From assembly GCA_018654745.1 (NCBI GenBank), contig JABILA010000051.1, forward strand, positions 6,751 through 70,750: a stretch of DNA of 64,000 nt, read 5' to 3'. Position numbers and translations under genes: made by a program. Below the pieces are notes generated by a model. It did no database searches. It was given only the letters and a program-made list of their open reading frames with translations, and was not told the origin of the DNA. Of this stretch, positions 50,879 through 61,423 are shown in pieces; the first letter of the stretch is position 1, and the number at the start of each line of letters is the position of its first letter. The DNA is from Alphaproteobacteria bacterium. GTDB lineage: Bacteria > Pseudomonadota > Alphaproteobacteria > UBA2966.

Positions 50879-53413
50879 CTAAACATGACGCAGAACTGTG
50901 GCAGCTTTTTGTCCAAGTGCGCGCCAGGTGCCAATAAAACCGAGGGCAATTGTCAGAATTATGCCGCCGCCAGCCGTCAAGCCCGCGGCCAGAGGCAGAA
51001 AAACCCATTCCCCTGCCATGAAAAAGGTCATTACGGTCCAGGCTGCAATAGTGCCGACCAGTGTTGCCAATAAAGCGGTTGATCCGCCCAGCAAGGCATA
51101 TTCAATCAGATAGGCCCGCGCCACATCCCGCCGGGTCGCACCCAGAACTTTCAAAATCACTGAATCATAAACCCGTCTGGAATGGCCTGCTGCCAGGGCA
51201 CCAGCCAGAACCAGAATACCGGCAATGACCGTCACCGCCGCAGATGCCCGGATCGCCGACGAGATCCGGTCGAACATGGCTGTTACCGTATCCAGCACAT
51301 CACCAACCCGGATTGCCGAGACATTGGGCAGTGCCTTGCTGAGGGCTTTTTGCAATGCCGTTTCGTGTGCTTTTGGTGCGCTGACCGTTGCAATGTGAAC
51401 CTGCGGCGCGCCTTCAAGCGCGCCGGGGGCAAAGACGACCGAAAAATTCAGCTGCATCGTAGTCCAGTCAATTTTGCGTAAATTGGCCACGCGCGCCTGC
51501 ATCTTGCGACCCAGAATATTGAAGGTAACAGTGTCATCAACCTTGATATTCAGGTTCTCGCCGACATGTGCACCCAGCGAAATCAACGGCGGCCCCTGGT
51601 AATCCTTTGGCCACCAGACACCGTCGGTTAGTACAGTTTTAGTTGGCATTTCGGCCATATAGCTGAAAGCAAGTTCGTTATGGGCAAACCAGCCTCCATC
51701 TTTCTCAGCGGGAAAGGTATCAGCACTTTCCCCTTTGATCATGGCAACACGGCCGCGCAGCATCGGCACCCGTTGCACCAGTTCCCCGCCTTCAATTGCC
51801 GCCACGGTCGCGTCAAACAGCGGTACCTGATCAGGCTGAATATCGATGAAGAAAAAGGAAGGTGCACGATCCGGAATTCGGCTTTGCACCTGGCGGTTAA
51901 GATTGCCTTCAATCAGGGCGATGGTCACCAGCACCGTCAGACCAGCGCCCATGGAAATCACGACGCCAGCTGTGGGCGCACCAGGGCGAACCAGGTTCGA
52001 TAACGCCAGTCTCAGGCCAGGTTTGCGCGGTCGCGGCAAGCGCGCCAGCAGCATGATCAGGCCCCGGGCCAATATCCAGAAGGCCAACAAGGACGCAACT
52101 GATGCGCCGATGAACCATTGCGCCAGACGGGCATTGTCGCCGCTAGTCAGGGCCAGCAAGATCAACAAAGCTGCGGAAATTGCCAATAACAATATATCGC
52201 GCAGCGGAGGCCAGCGGCATTCGCCGCCAATGATATCGCGGAACAAACCGGCTGCCGGCACTTCACGCGCCCGGGCCAACGGCCACAAGGCAAAGGCAAA
52301 AGCCGTCAATACGCCAAAGGCTGCCGCCCGAACCAGAGGCACAGGATAAACTGAAATATCTGCAGCCACGGGCAACTGACCTTCCAGGACCCCAAGTGCA
52401 ATCATCGGCAAGGCCGCCCCCAGCACCAGACCCCCGGCGATGCCCAGAACCGCCAGTAATCCAATTTCAATCAGATAAATCCGGAAGATCATTGCCCCTT
52501 CTGCGCCGAGGCATTTCAACGTCGCGATGGTTTCTGTGCGCCCGGCAAGATAGGCCTGGACCGCATTGCCAACACCCACACCGCCAATAATCAAGGCTGT
52601 CAGCCCGACCAGGGTCAGGAACAAACCAAGGCGATCGACAAAGCGTTTAACCGATGGCTGCGCCGTTTTAACATCGCCAATTCGCCAGGCTGTATCGGGC
52701 CAGGCAGTATCAATTTTCTTGCGCCAAAGCTCCAGATCCGCCTCAGGCGCCAGGCGCATACGGTATTTATGACGCACCAGACTGCCTTGCTGGATCAGTC
52801 CAGCGGCATCCAGGGTCTGATTGTTGATCATCAACCGTGGCCCCAGGGCGAAGGTGCCGCTAACCCGGTCGGGTTCGGTCACCAGCACGGCTCGCAACAC
52901 GACCTGGATTTTACCGAGATCAAGTTTGTCGCCGACCTTCACACCCAGACGCGCCAGCAAGGCCGGTTCTGCAACCGCCCCCTTCAAACCATTTTGATCC
53001 GCCAGTGCTGCCGCCAACGGCATCGGGGGATCCAGCGTCACCTGGCCATACAAGGGATAAGCCGCCGCACCTGACGTGGCAACGGCTTTCAATTCAACCA
53101 GCGTCTGGCTGCCGCCATCCGGTACCCTGGCCATAGTCCGCAAGTTGCGCACAAGGCTGAGCGCCTGGCTGTTATCAGCCATCCAGGTGACCTGATCCGC
53201 CGTTGCCGCGCGACTGGAAAGCCGCACTTCGACGTCGGCCCCCAGCAGGTTCCGGGCATTGTTGTCGATCCCGGCCCGGATCGCCGAACCCAGAGAGCCC
53301 ACACCGGCAATGGCTGTAACACCCAGGGTCAGGCAAGCCAGAAAAATCCGGAAACCTTTCAGGCCCCCGCGCAGATCACGCCAGGCAAATCGAACACTGA
53401 GGGGCAAGGCCAT
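50879..53413 (-). CDS. ABC transporter permease, FtsX-like (YbbP type)
   Basis: YPLYG, IATLKCLGA, APSFFFIDIQ, PMLRGR, LKVLGA. Confidence 0.9.
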   Translation of the reverse strand: MALPLSVRFAWRDLRGGLKGFRIFLACLTLGVTAIAGVGSLGSAIRAGIDNNARNLLGADVEVRLSSRAATADQVTWMADNSQALSLVRNLRTMARVPDGGSQTLVELKAVATSGAAAYPLYGQVTLDPPMPLAAALADQNGLKGAVAEPALLARLGVKVGDKLDLGKIQVVLRAVLVTEPDRVSGTFALGPRLMINNQTLDAAGLIQQGSLVRHKYRMRLAPEADLELWRKKIDTAWPDTAWRIGDVKTAQPSVKRFVDRLGLFLTLVGLTALIIGGVGVGNAVQAYLAGRTETIATLKCLGAEGAMIFRIYLIEIGLLAVLGIAGGLVLGAALPMIALGVLEGQLPVAADISVYPVPLVRAAAFGVLTAFAFALWPLARAREVPAAGLFRDIIGGECRWPPLRDILLLAISAALLILLALTSGDNARLAQWFIGASVASLLAFWILARGLIMLLARLPRPRKPGLRLALSNLVRPGAPTAGVVISMGAGLTVLVTIALIEGNLNRQVQSRIPDRAPSFFFIDIQPDQVPLFDATVAAIEGGELVQRVPMLRGRVAMIKGESADTFPAEKDGGWFAHNELAFSYMAEMPTKTVLTDGVWWPKDYQGPPLISLGAHVGENLNIKVDDTVTFNILGRKMQARVANLRKIDWTTMQLNFSVVFAPGALEGAPQVHIATVSAPKAHETALQKALSKALPNVSAIRVGDVLDTVTAMFDRISSAIRASAAVTVIAGILVLAGALAAGHSRRVYDSVILKVLGATRRDVARAYLIEYALLGGSTALLATLVGTIAAWTVMTFFMAGEWVFLPLAAGLTAGGGIILTIALGFIGTWRALGQKAATVLRHV

Positions 53414-53418
53414 GTCGG

Positions 53419-54156
53419 TCAGCTCGCGGCAAGTGAAACATCAGCGGCGGGAGTTTGTCCCAACGCTGTTGGTTCAAGTTTGCCGTCTGCCATGCGGACC
53501 ACCCGGTCACAGCGTGTGGCGACCTGGTCGTCATGCGTAATCAGCATCAGGGTCAGGTCGCGGCGAATACCAAACATCAAATCTATGATCGCAGCCCCGG
53601 TCTCGCTGTCGAGATTGCCGGTTGGCTCGTCTGCCAAAATCAGGTCCGGCTCGCCAACAAAGGCACGGGCCAGAGCCACACGTTGCTGCTCACCGCCGGA
53701 AAGCTGCGTCGGGTAATGGGTCAGACGATCCGACAGGCCAACATCGGCCAGGCTTTCCCGGGCCCGTTCAAAGGCATCCGGATCACCAGCCAGTTCCAGC
53801 GGAACGGCAACATTTTCATGCGCTGTCATGGTCGGAATCAGATGAAAGGATTGAAAGACGATGCCAACATGCTTACGTCGAAACAGGGCCAGCTGGTCTT
53901 CGTTCAACAGGCCGAGGTCTTTACCTGCAACATTGACGTGACCGCTTGATGGACGTTCAAGACCGGCGGTGACCGCCAGCATGGTTGACTTCCCCGAACC
54001 CGATGGCCCGACAACACCCAGCGTTTCGCCGCGCGTTATTTGCAAATCAACACCCCGCAGGATGTTGACGGCACCAGCGCCACTATCCAGGGTAAGATGC
54101 AAGTCCTGCAAGTCCACCAGTGTCTCACCTGAAACCGAAGCCATGTCCATATTCAA
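53419..54156 (-). CDS. ABC transporter ATP-binding protein (YbbA type)
   Basis: GPSGSGKST, LSGGEQQRVALARA, ADEPTGNLD; exact start uncertain (54144-54156). Confidence 0.93.
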   Translation of the reverse strand: MNMDMASVSGETLVDLQDLHLTLDSGAGAVNILRGVDLQITRGETLGVVGPSGSGKSTMLAVTAGLERPSSGHVNVAGKDLGLLNEDQLALFRRKHVGIVFQSFHLIPTMTAHENVAVPLELAGDPDAFERARESLADVGLSDRLTHYPTQLSGGEQQRVALARAFVGEPDLILADEPTGNLDSETGAAIIDLMFGIRRDLTLMLITHDDQVATRCDRVVRMADGKLEPTALGQTPAADVSLAAS

Positions 54157-54166
54157 AAATTTCCCG

Positions 54167-54865
54167 ATGCCCGTTAACAGTCTGATCCATCATATAGGAA
54201 CGCGCAGGCCACAAGCCAAACTTCCAGGCATTATTTTTACCCTGGTCTTGTTTGCTGTCCTGCTGGCCAGCGCGCCTTCTGCACGCGCCGAGGGTCTGGT
54301 TATCGTCGCTTTTGGCGACAGCATCACAGCCGGATTAGGGGTTAGCGAACAGGAAGCATGGCCAGCCGTTGTGCAAAAGATCCTGGCCGACAAGGGCGTA
54401 GCCATCACCATCGTCAATGCCGGGGTATCAGGCGATACCACTGCCGGCGGCAAGGCGCGACTGGCCTGGTCACTGGACGGGACTTCACCCTCGCCGGGTT
54501 TCGCCATCGTGGCCCTGGGCGGAAACGATGCCCTGCGTGCTCTGACACCGGAGAATTCATACCAGAATCTGGACGCCATAATATTGGCACTGAAGAAGCG
54601 AAATATGCCTGTATTGCTGGCCGGTATGCTGGCCCCACCCAACCTGGGCGACGATTTTGGCAAGGCCTTTCAGGCGATCTATACCCGGCTGGCGTCAAAA
54701 CATAAAATCCTGCTCTATCCGTTTTTGCTGGAAGGCGTTGCCGGGGATGAAAAGTTGAACCAGCATGATGGCATCCATCCGACGCCGGAGGGGCAGAAAA
54801 TTATTGCCAGAAAAATGGTGCCTTATATCGAAGCATTGCTGAGCGGAAAAACAGCCCTTAAATAG
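54167..54865 (+). CDS. tesA: Arylesterase / acyl-CoA thioesterase I (SGNH hydrolase)
   Basis: FGDSITAG, NAGVSGDTT, LGGND, DGIHP; divergent from ybbA; start uncertain. Confidence 0.88.
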   Translation: MPVNSLIHHIGTRRPQAKLPGIIFTLVLFAVLLASAPSARAEGLVIVAFGDSITAGLGVSEQEAWPAVVQKILADKGVAITIVNAGVSGDTTAGGKARLAWSLDGTSPSPGFAIVALGGNDALRALTPENSYQNLDAIILALKKRNMPVLLAGMLAPPNLGDDFGKAFQAIYTRLASKHKILLYPFLLEGVAGDEKLNQHDGIHPTPEGQKIIARKMVPYIEALLSGKTALK

Positions 54866-54899
54866 AAATCAGGTTTCCGGGTTCAGGGGATAGTCGATC

Positions 54900-55439
54900 A
54901 TGATCCGTTTGTTCGTTGCCATTGATCTGCCTGAGGATGTACGCGAACGGCTGCATCAAATGGGGGGTGGCGTCCCCGGCGCACGGTGGAACAAGGTCGA
55001 AATGCTGCACCTGACGCTGCGCTTTATAGGTGACGTCCCCGAAGATGTTGCCGCCGACATCAGCGCCGAACTGGCACACATCAAGTTCCCTGCCTTTGAC
55101 CTGATACTGGACAGTGTGGGCTGTTTTGGTGAAGGTCGAAAGACACGAATCTTATGGGCAGGCATCCAGCCCTGTCCGGAATTATCGGCCCTGAAAAGCA
55201 AGGTCGACGTCGCCCTGACCCGCGTTGGCGTTCAGGCCGACCGTCATCACAAATTCAGCCCCCACATCACCCTTGCCCGTCTGCGCCACCCCCCGGCCGA
55301 CCGCGTCCTCCAGTGGCTGCAAACCTGCGCCGGATTTTACGCCGGGCCCATCACCGTCGATCACTTCACACTTTATTCCAGCGACCTGCACAATTATCGG
55401 GTGGAGCAGGAGTTCGGGTTGGAAGACTTGACGGATTAA
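54900..55439 (+). CDS. thpR: RNA 2',3'-cyclic phosphodiesterase
   Basis: RLFVAI, HLTLRFIG and PHITLAR (two HxT motifs). Confidence 0.92.
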   Translation: MIRLFVAIDLPEDVRERLHQMGGGVPGARWNKVEMLHLTLRFIGDVPEDVAADISAELAHIKFPAFDLILDSVGCFGEGRKTRILWAGIQPCPELSALKSKVDVALTRVGVQADRHHKFSPHITLARLRHPPADRVLQWLQTCAGFYAGPITVDHFTLYSSDLHNYRVEQEFGLEDLTD

Positions 55440-56287
55440 ACCCCGAAACCGTGGAGAGTCAGGTTAACCGAGCCGACGTAACTGCCGCCAAAAAGACGGA
55501 CATGGACCAACAAGGGATAGAGATTGTAGAGGTCGCGCCGGACTTCGAAGAAGCCCGGTTCCAGGGGGCGATGTTCCTGATAGCGGGCGAAGAACATGTC
55601 ATCAAATGTGCTGAACAATGTGGAAAAAGCGAGGTCCATTTCAGCGTCCCCGTAGTAAATAGCAGGATCGATAAAGGCCGTGATCTGGTGCTCGAGGGCA
55701 AGGATATTGCCGCCCCAGAGATCGCCATGAAGAAATGATGGTTTGACATTGTCCGGCATGAAGTCCGACAGCCGCGCGGCCAGGGCTTCGATGCGGTCAT
55801 AAATATCGCCGGGCAGCTGTTCTGCCTCGCGTGCCAATCCGGCCATATAAAGCAAACGCTGATCCCGGAAAAATTCCAGCCAGTTATCTGTCTGTGGATT
55901 GGGCTGATGCAAGCCACCGATCAGGGTATCAAATTCAAAACCGAAATTTTCTGCGGTCAGATCATGCAACGCGGCGATCAGGTCAGCGGATTGAAATTCC
56001 GGTGTGTCGCCCTGGGCATTTTGACCTTCAACAAACGACATCAACAACAAATCATCTGCTGCATGAATAACTTCGGGCACGGGCAAGTCCGTCCGCTCGG
56101 TGAGGCAGGTTAACATTCGGCCTTCGATATCGAGACCACTTCCCAGGACGCCCAGTTTGGCAACAATCTTGTGACCATTGCCAAAATCCAGGCGACAGAC
56201 ATCTCCGACACTTCCGCCAGCAAGCCTGTTTTGTGCCGTTGGTCGAAGTCCCGTTATCGCTTCGATGCGGTCAAACAGGGCCGTCAT
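55436..56287 (-). CDS. Fructosamine kinase family protein
   Basis: W.EFFRDQRL, LHGDLWGGN, FIDPAIYYG, YNLYPLLVH..LFG. Confidence 0.92.
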   Translation of the reverse strand: MTALFDRIEAITGLRPTAQNRLAGGSVGDVCRLDFGNGHKIVAKLGVLGSGLDIEGRMLTCLTERTDLPVPEVIHAADDLLLMSFVEGQNAQGDTPEFQSADLIAALHDLTAENFGFEFDTLIGGLHQPNPQTDNWLEFFRDQRLLYMAGLAREAEQLPGDIYDRIEALAARLSDFMPDNVKPSFLHGDLWGGNILALEHQITAFIDPAIYYGDAEMDLAFSTLFSTFDDMFFARYQEHRPLEPGFFEVRRDLYNLYPLLVHVRLFGGSYVGSVNLTLHGFGV

Positions 56288-56772
56288 GCACCGTTCAACT
56301 TGCCCGAAGATCTTATGTCCGCCAGCAAGCCGCTAGATGCCGCTTCGATCATGTCCAGAACATTTTCAAATCCGTCGCCCTCACCATAATAAGGATCCGG
56401 CACATCAGCCTGGCCCAGCTGTGGCGCAAACTCGAGGAACTTTGCCAGCCTTGCCCGCATGCCCTGCCGATAGAGAGGTCTCAGGAAACGGTCATTTTCA
56501 CTGTCCATGGCCAACACATAATCGGTGGCCTCAAAATCTCCGGCTTTGAACTGGCGGGCGCGCTGCGTGCTGATATCTATGCCGCGCAAGGATGCGGCAG
56601 CAACTGATCGTGGATCAGGTGGATTACCCACATGCCATCCATGGGTGCCAGCCGAGGCCACATCGATCCGGTCGACCAGTTTCTCCCGGGCGATCAATTC
56701 CCGGAACACACCTTCAGCCGTCGGAGAGCGACAGATATTGCCAGTACAGACGAACAACACGCTGATAACCAC
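56284..56772 (-). CDS. Low molecular weight protein-tyrosine phosphatase
   Basis: VCTGNICRSP, SAGT, DVPDPYYG. Confidence 0.95.
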   Translation of the reverse strand: MVISVLFVCTGNICRSPTAEGVFRELIAREKLVDRIDVASAGTHGWHVGNPPDPRSVAAASLRGIDISTQRARQFKAGDFEATDYVLAMDSENDRFLRPLYRQGMRARLAKFLEFAPQLGQADVPDPYYGEGDGFENVLDMIEAASSGLLADIRSSGKLNGA

Positions 56773-56961
56773 TTGTCACTCCTGTCCTGTTGAATTCTAA
56801 TATCCGGGCGATTCCTGATTTGAGGCAATCGCAACTGTTTATGTATTTGGCACCAGCCCTGAGCTTAACGCAACGCTGTGACTTTTATAATTGAGAAATC
56901 ACATACCGTTCCGATTTTTCCTGGATGGTGCTCGTGAGACCGCTCAGGGAGAAACGTTTTC

Positions 56962-57672
56962 ATGTCCAGTAAATCCATTAATGCCATCGTCATCCTGACA
57001 GGTGCGGGAATTTCCGCTGAATCCGGCCTCGGCACATTTCGCGACAAGGACGGCATCTGGACAAAGGTTAATCTGGAAGATGTCGCTACGCCGGAAGGAT
57101 TTGCCCGCGATCCGGTGATGGTGCATGAATTCTACAACTCACGCCGCCAGAACCTGCAAAATGCCGAACCAAATGCGGCCCACAAGGCTCTGGCGCGACT
57201 GGAGGCTGAATTCGACGGCGACGTCACCATCGTTACGCAAAATGTCGATGACCTGCACGAAAAAGGTGGCAGCAAGAACATCATCCATATGCATGGTGAG
57301 TTATTGAAAATCCGCTGCGGCAATTGCGGTAGTGTACGGGAATGGCTGCAGGATCTGTCGCAGGACATTCCCTGCCCGGCCTGCAACACCCACGGTTTCC
57401 TGCGGCCCCATGTGGTCTGGTTTGGGGAAATGCCGCTGCTACTTTGTGATATAGAACCGGCCCTTTCGAACTGTGATCTGTTTTTGTCCATTGGCACTTC
57501 CGGCAATGTTTATCCGGCAGCAAGTTATGTCTCGCAAGTCCGTCAACTGGGTCGGGCGCGAAGTGTGGAGCTGAACCTGGAACCATCGGAAGGTGCCACA
57601 TTGTTCGACGAGTGTATTCACGGCCCCGCAACCGAAATTGTCCCGGCATTTGTCGACCAGCTGTTGGCCTGA
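56962..57672 (+). CDS. cobB: NAD-dependent protein deacylase (sirtuin)
   Basis: GAGISAESG, FYNSRR, TQNVDDLHE, HMHG, CxxC pairs, RPHVVWFGE, GTSG.VYPA. Confidence 0.95.
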   Translation: MSSKSINAIVILTGAGISAESGLGTFRDKDGIWTKVNLEDVATPEGFARDPVMVHEFYNSRRQNLQNAEPNAAHKALARLEAEFDGDVTIVTQNVDDLHEKGGSKNIIHMHGELLKIRCGNCGSVREWLQDLSQDIPCPACNTHGFLRPHVVWFGEMPLLLCDIEPALSNCDLFLSIGTSGNVYPAASYVSQVRQLGRARSVELNLEPSEGATLFDECIHGPATEIVPAFVDQLLA

Positions 57673-57752
57673 CAAAAATATCACCTCATGTGAGGCAGAC
57701 TTTGCTTTTCGCCCTTGCAATTCAATTGTCAATTTACGATGTTCAATAGAGT

Positions 57753-60371
57753 ATGGTGCACCTGAGAACACTGGCCGAACCCGGCCCTGTCCTGGCCGTG
57801 CTGGGACCAACCAATACCGGCAAGACCCACTATGCCGTTGAGCGGCTGCTGGGGCATAAAAACGGGATTATTGGCCTGCCGTTGCGCCTGCTTGCCCGCG
57901 AAATCTACGACCGGATCGTCGGCCTGCGCGGCAAAAATGTGGTCGCACTGATTACCGGCGAAGAAAAAATCATCCCGCCCGATCCAAGCTATTTTGTCTG
58001 CACCGTCGAAGCCATGCCGCTGGATCGCAGCTTTGAATTTGTGGCAATTGATGAAATTCAGCTGTGCGCCGATCCGGAACGGGGTCATGTTTTTACGGAC
58101 CGCCTGTTTTATGCCCGCGGGGTTTCTGAAACCCTGTTCCTGGGGGCCGATACCATGCGGCCCTTGTTGCGCCGCCTGATACCGGGTGTTCGGTTTCTGG
58201 ATCGTACGCGCATGTCCTCCCTGCGTTGGTCAGGATCGAAAAAGATTTCCCGCCTGCCTCGTCGTTCCGCCATCGTCGCTTTTTCTGCAGCCGACGTTTA
58301 TGCCACAGCGGAACTGATCCGCAGACAGCGCGGTGGTGCCGCAGTTGTTATGGGTGCGTTAAGTCCCAGAACCCGCAACGCCCAGGTGGAAATGTTCGAA
58401 GCCGGAGAGGTCGATTATCTGGTGGCGACAGATGCCATTGGCATGGGGTTGAACCTGAACGTCGATCACGTGGCCTTCAGCGCCTTGAGCAAGTTCGACG
58501 GACGCCTGATGCGAAATCTGACACCAGCTGAAATTGGCCAGATCGCAGGGCGGGCTGGACGTCATATGAATGATGGCACTTTCGGTGTCACCGCCAATTG
58601 TGCTGAACCTGACCTGGAGGTTATTGAACGTGTTGAAGCGCACGAGTTTCGCCCTCTCAGGCATATCTTCTGGCGCAATAGTCAACTCGACCTGTCGTCC
58701 CCGACCGCCTTGTTGCAATCATTGGAAACCCCGCCACCCGGCCGTATGAGAGATGTTGTGTTGCGCCCCCAGGAAGGGGCCGATATCAGCGTTCTGAAAA
58801 GCCTGCTGGCAACGAGCGAAATCAAGGATATGGCAAAGGGCCACGCGGCAACCGATTTGCTGTGGCAGGTTTGTCAGGTTCCTGATTTTCGCAAAACCAT
58901 GGCCGAAGCCCACGCCCGTTTGCTGGCCCGACTATTTCGCCACCTCGCCGATGATGGTGAATTGCCGCCCGAATGGGTTGCCGGTCACCTTGATCGCCTG
59001 AACAAGATTGATGGCGACATCGACACCCTGGCGACGCGGCTGGCGCATATCCGCACCTGGACCTTTATCTCGCATCGCGCTGACTGGCTGGAAGACGCCG
59101 TCGGCTGGCAAATACGGGCACGAGAAATCGAAGACCGTTTGTCCGATGCCCTGCACCAGCAATTGACCCAGCGCTTCGTCGATCAACGCGCCGCGGCACT
59201 CGCCCGACGCCTGGGCGATACTGACGCCGATTTACTGGGCGGCGTCAGGTCAGATGGTGAGGTTCGCATTGAAGGATTTTGTGTCGGCAAGATTGAAGGT
59301 TTACAATTCCTGCTGGATCTGGATGCGGCCTCCGCCAGCGACAACCGACAGGAAACAGAAAAAACACTGCGGGCAGCTGCACGTCCAATGGTGAGTGGTG
59401 AACTGGCACATCGGGCGCGACAATTGTGTCTGGTCGCCGGTGACCAATCCAACAAAGAGCAACTTCTCGAACTTGCAACAGACGGCCAGATTATCTGGCA
59501 AAATGTTGCAATTGCCCAACTTGCAAAAAGTGAGACGGCACTGTGCCCTGGTGTCAGATTGTTGAGCAATGATCTTGAAGACCAGGACCGTCGCAACGTG
59601 ACGGCGGCGCTTGAGCAATTTGTAAAAATCCGGATTGATCTGATTTTGCAGCCGATTGCGGCGTTGGTGGGAAAGGCAGCGAGTACTAAAAATACCCTGA
59701 GCGGTGCGGCACGAGGTCTGGTGTTTCAGCTGCAGGAGAATTTTGGCAATGTACCGCGCAGCCAGTTGGAAGCCCTGACCCGCGATCTGACGCGTGCTGA
59801 CCGCCAGGCCTTGCGTCGGGCAGGTGTGCGTATCGGTGCCTGGTCGATATTTCTTCCAGCGTTGCAAAAGGCCAAACGAGCCGCCTTGTGCGGTTTGCTA
59901 TGGGCCATTTTCAATCAGCCGGATCGGGTCTTTCCTGCCCTGCCAGCCGGGCGCGTGTCCTTACCTGTGGATACGAATTTGCCACCGGCGTGGTTTGCAG
60001 CAAACGGATACCGCCCCTTTGGCGATTTGTTCGTGCGGGTTGATATTGTCGAACGACTGGCCGATTTGCTGCGCCCCTTTGATAACAAGCCCTTTGAGGT
60101 ATCGGCAGAGATGTTGTCTTTGCCGGGTTGTTCGAAAGAAGCTTTCGAGCCCATCCTGGCAGGGCTTGGCTATGTTGGCGTCGAGGCGACCGCTGATCTG
60201 CCAAAACATTTTCGACGCTCGACCCTGGCGGAGAAAAAACGCCAGACCCGCAAGGAGCAACGTTCCGGACGGGACAATCAAAAAGGAAAACGCCGGGCCG
60301 GGAAACGACCCGAAACAAAAATCAATCCAGACAGTCCGTTTGCTGCCCTGAAAGAAATGATGAATGGCTGA
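57753..60371 (+). CDS. SUV3-like superfamily 2 helicase (MgpS type)
   Basis: GPTNTGKT, PLRLLARE, DEIQ, ATDAIGMGLN, QIAGRAGR; ends ..PDSPFAAL. Confidence 0.92.
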   Translation: MVHLRTLAEPGPVLAVLGPTNTGKTHYAVERLLGHKNGIIGLPLRLLAREIYDRIVGLRGKNVVALITGEEKIIPPDPSYFVCTVEAMPLDRSFEFVAIDEIQLCADPERGHVFTDRLFYARGVSETLFLGADTMRPLLRRLIPGVRFLDRTRMSSLRWSGSKKISRLPRRSAIVAFSAADVYATAELIRRQRGGAAVVMGALSPRTRNAQVEMFEAGEVDYLVATDAIGMGLNLNVDHVAFSALSKFDGRLMRNLTPAEIGQIAGRAGRHMNDGTFGVTANCAEPDLEVIERVEAHEFRPLRHIFWRNSQLDLSSPTALLQSLETPPPGRMRDVVLRPQEGADISVLKSLLATSEIKDMAKGHAATDLLWQVCQVPDFRKTMAEAHARLLARLFRHLADDGELPPEWVAGHLDRLNKIDGDIDTLATRLAHIRTWTFISHRADWLEDAVGWQIRAREIEDRLSDALHQQLTQRFVDQRAAALARRLGDTDADLLGGVRSDGEVRIEGFCVGKIEGLQFLLDLDAASASDNRQETEKTLRAAARPMVSGELAHRARQLCLVAGDQSNKEQLLELATDGQIIWQNVAIAQLAKSETALCPGVRLLSNDLEDQDRRNVTAALEQFVKIRIDLILQPIAALVGKAASTKNTLSGAARGLVFQLQENFGNVPRSQLEALTRDLTRADRQALRRAGVRIGAWSIFLPALQKAKRAALCGLLWAIFNQPDRVFPALPAGRVSLPVDTNLPPAWFAANGYRPFGDLFVRVDIVERLADLLRPFDNKPFEVSAEMLSLPGCSKEAFEPILAGLGYVGVEATADLPKHFRRSTLAEKKRQTRKEQRSGRDNQKGKRRAGKRPETKINPDSPFAALKEMMNG

Positions 60372-60783
60372 GCATATCGACCAGGAGCCCCCCGGAAAAT
60401 TGCGTATAGATCGCTGGCTCTGGTTCGCGCGGTTTTTCAAAACCCGCAGTATCGCCTCCCGCCTCAGTGCCACACGCAAGATCAGGGTAGATGGCAACGT
60501 CATCAGCAAGGCCAGTCAAACTGTGTCGGTCGGCAATGTCCTGACCTTCCCGCAAGGCCGGATCATACGCACGGTTCAAATCCTGACCCTGGGAGACCGC
60601 CGGGGCCCGGCGTCAGAGGCCCAGGAATTGTATGAGGACCTGGCACCACCTGAGCTAAATAAACCGATGTCCGGAAAAAGAGGACCATTGGAGGGCTCGC
60701 CCGCCCGTCGCGAACCCGGTGCAGGCCGCCCGACAAAGGCAGATCGCCGGGCTATGGACAAGTTTCTGGCCGAAAATGACTAA
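60364..60783 (+). CDS. RNA-binding S4 domain protein (Hsp15-like)
   Basis: RIDRWLWFARFFKTRS, RRGPASEA, GRPTKADRR. Confidence 0.92.
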   Translation: MAEHIDQEPPGKLRIDRWLWFARFFKTRSIASRLSATRKIRVDGNVISKASQTVSVGNVLTFPQGRIIRTVQILTLGDRRGPASEAQELYEDLAPPELNKPMSGKRGPLEGSPARREPGAGRPTKADRRAMDKFLAEND

Positions 60784-60879
60784 AACCCAATATTGTTTGC
60801 CCACCAAACAATATTGGCCTATTGTGCCGATCTTATCCGCGGGAAAGTCCGCTTTAACTGAAAATGGCAACCTCAATCT

Positions 60880-61350
60880 ATGCTGAAACGAATCAAATCC
60901 ATCCTGTCCGGCAATAGCTCGCAACCAGAACCTGGCAAGGTCGAGGACGAGCGACAGATTGCAGCCGCTGCCTTGTTGGTCGAAGCTGCAACCCTGGATG
61001 ACGTTTTTGATGATGACGAACGCCGCACCATTGCTGCCGTTCTGGGCCAGCATTTTGGCATTGATGAGGAAGCCTGTACGGCCTTGATTGAGGCCGCTGA
61101 AGTAGCCCAGAGCGATTCAAATCATTTGCTGCGTTTCACCCGTACCATCAAGGACGGATATTCGCCGGAAGATCGCATCGAAATCATTGAAATGCTGTGG
61201 GAAGTGGCTTATGCCGACGGTGTCCTGCATGATTATGAAGCAAATCTCTTGCGTCGGGTGGGTGGCTTGATTTATGTCTCTGACCAGGACCGCGGCGAGG
61301 CCCGAAAACGGGTATTGACGCGGATGGGCCTTGGAGACAAAGTCACCTGA
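60880..61350 (+). CDS. TerB family protein
   Basis: AAALLVEAA.LD, MLWEVAYADG.LHDYE. Confidence 0.88.
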   Translation: MLKRIKSILSGNSSQPEPGKVEDERQIAAAALLVEAATLDDVFDDDERRTIAAVLGQHFGIDEEACTALIEAAEVAQSDSNHLLRFTRTIKDGYSPEDRIEIIEMLWEVAYADGVLHDYEANLLRRVGGLIYVSDQDRGEARKRVLTRMGLGDKVT

Positions 61351-61423
61351 ACAATTATTACGATACCGCACTGGAATTTTCACGATGCGGGAATATTTGA
61401 AGACAGATTAACTGGAGAACCGA

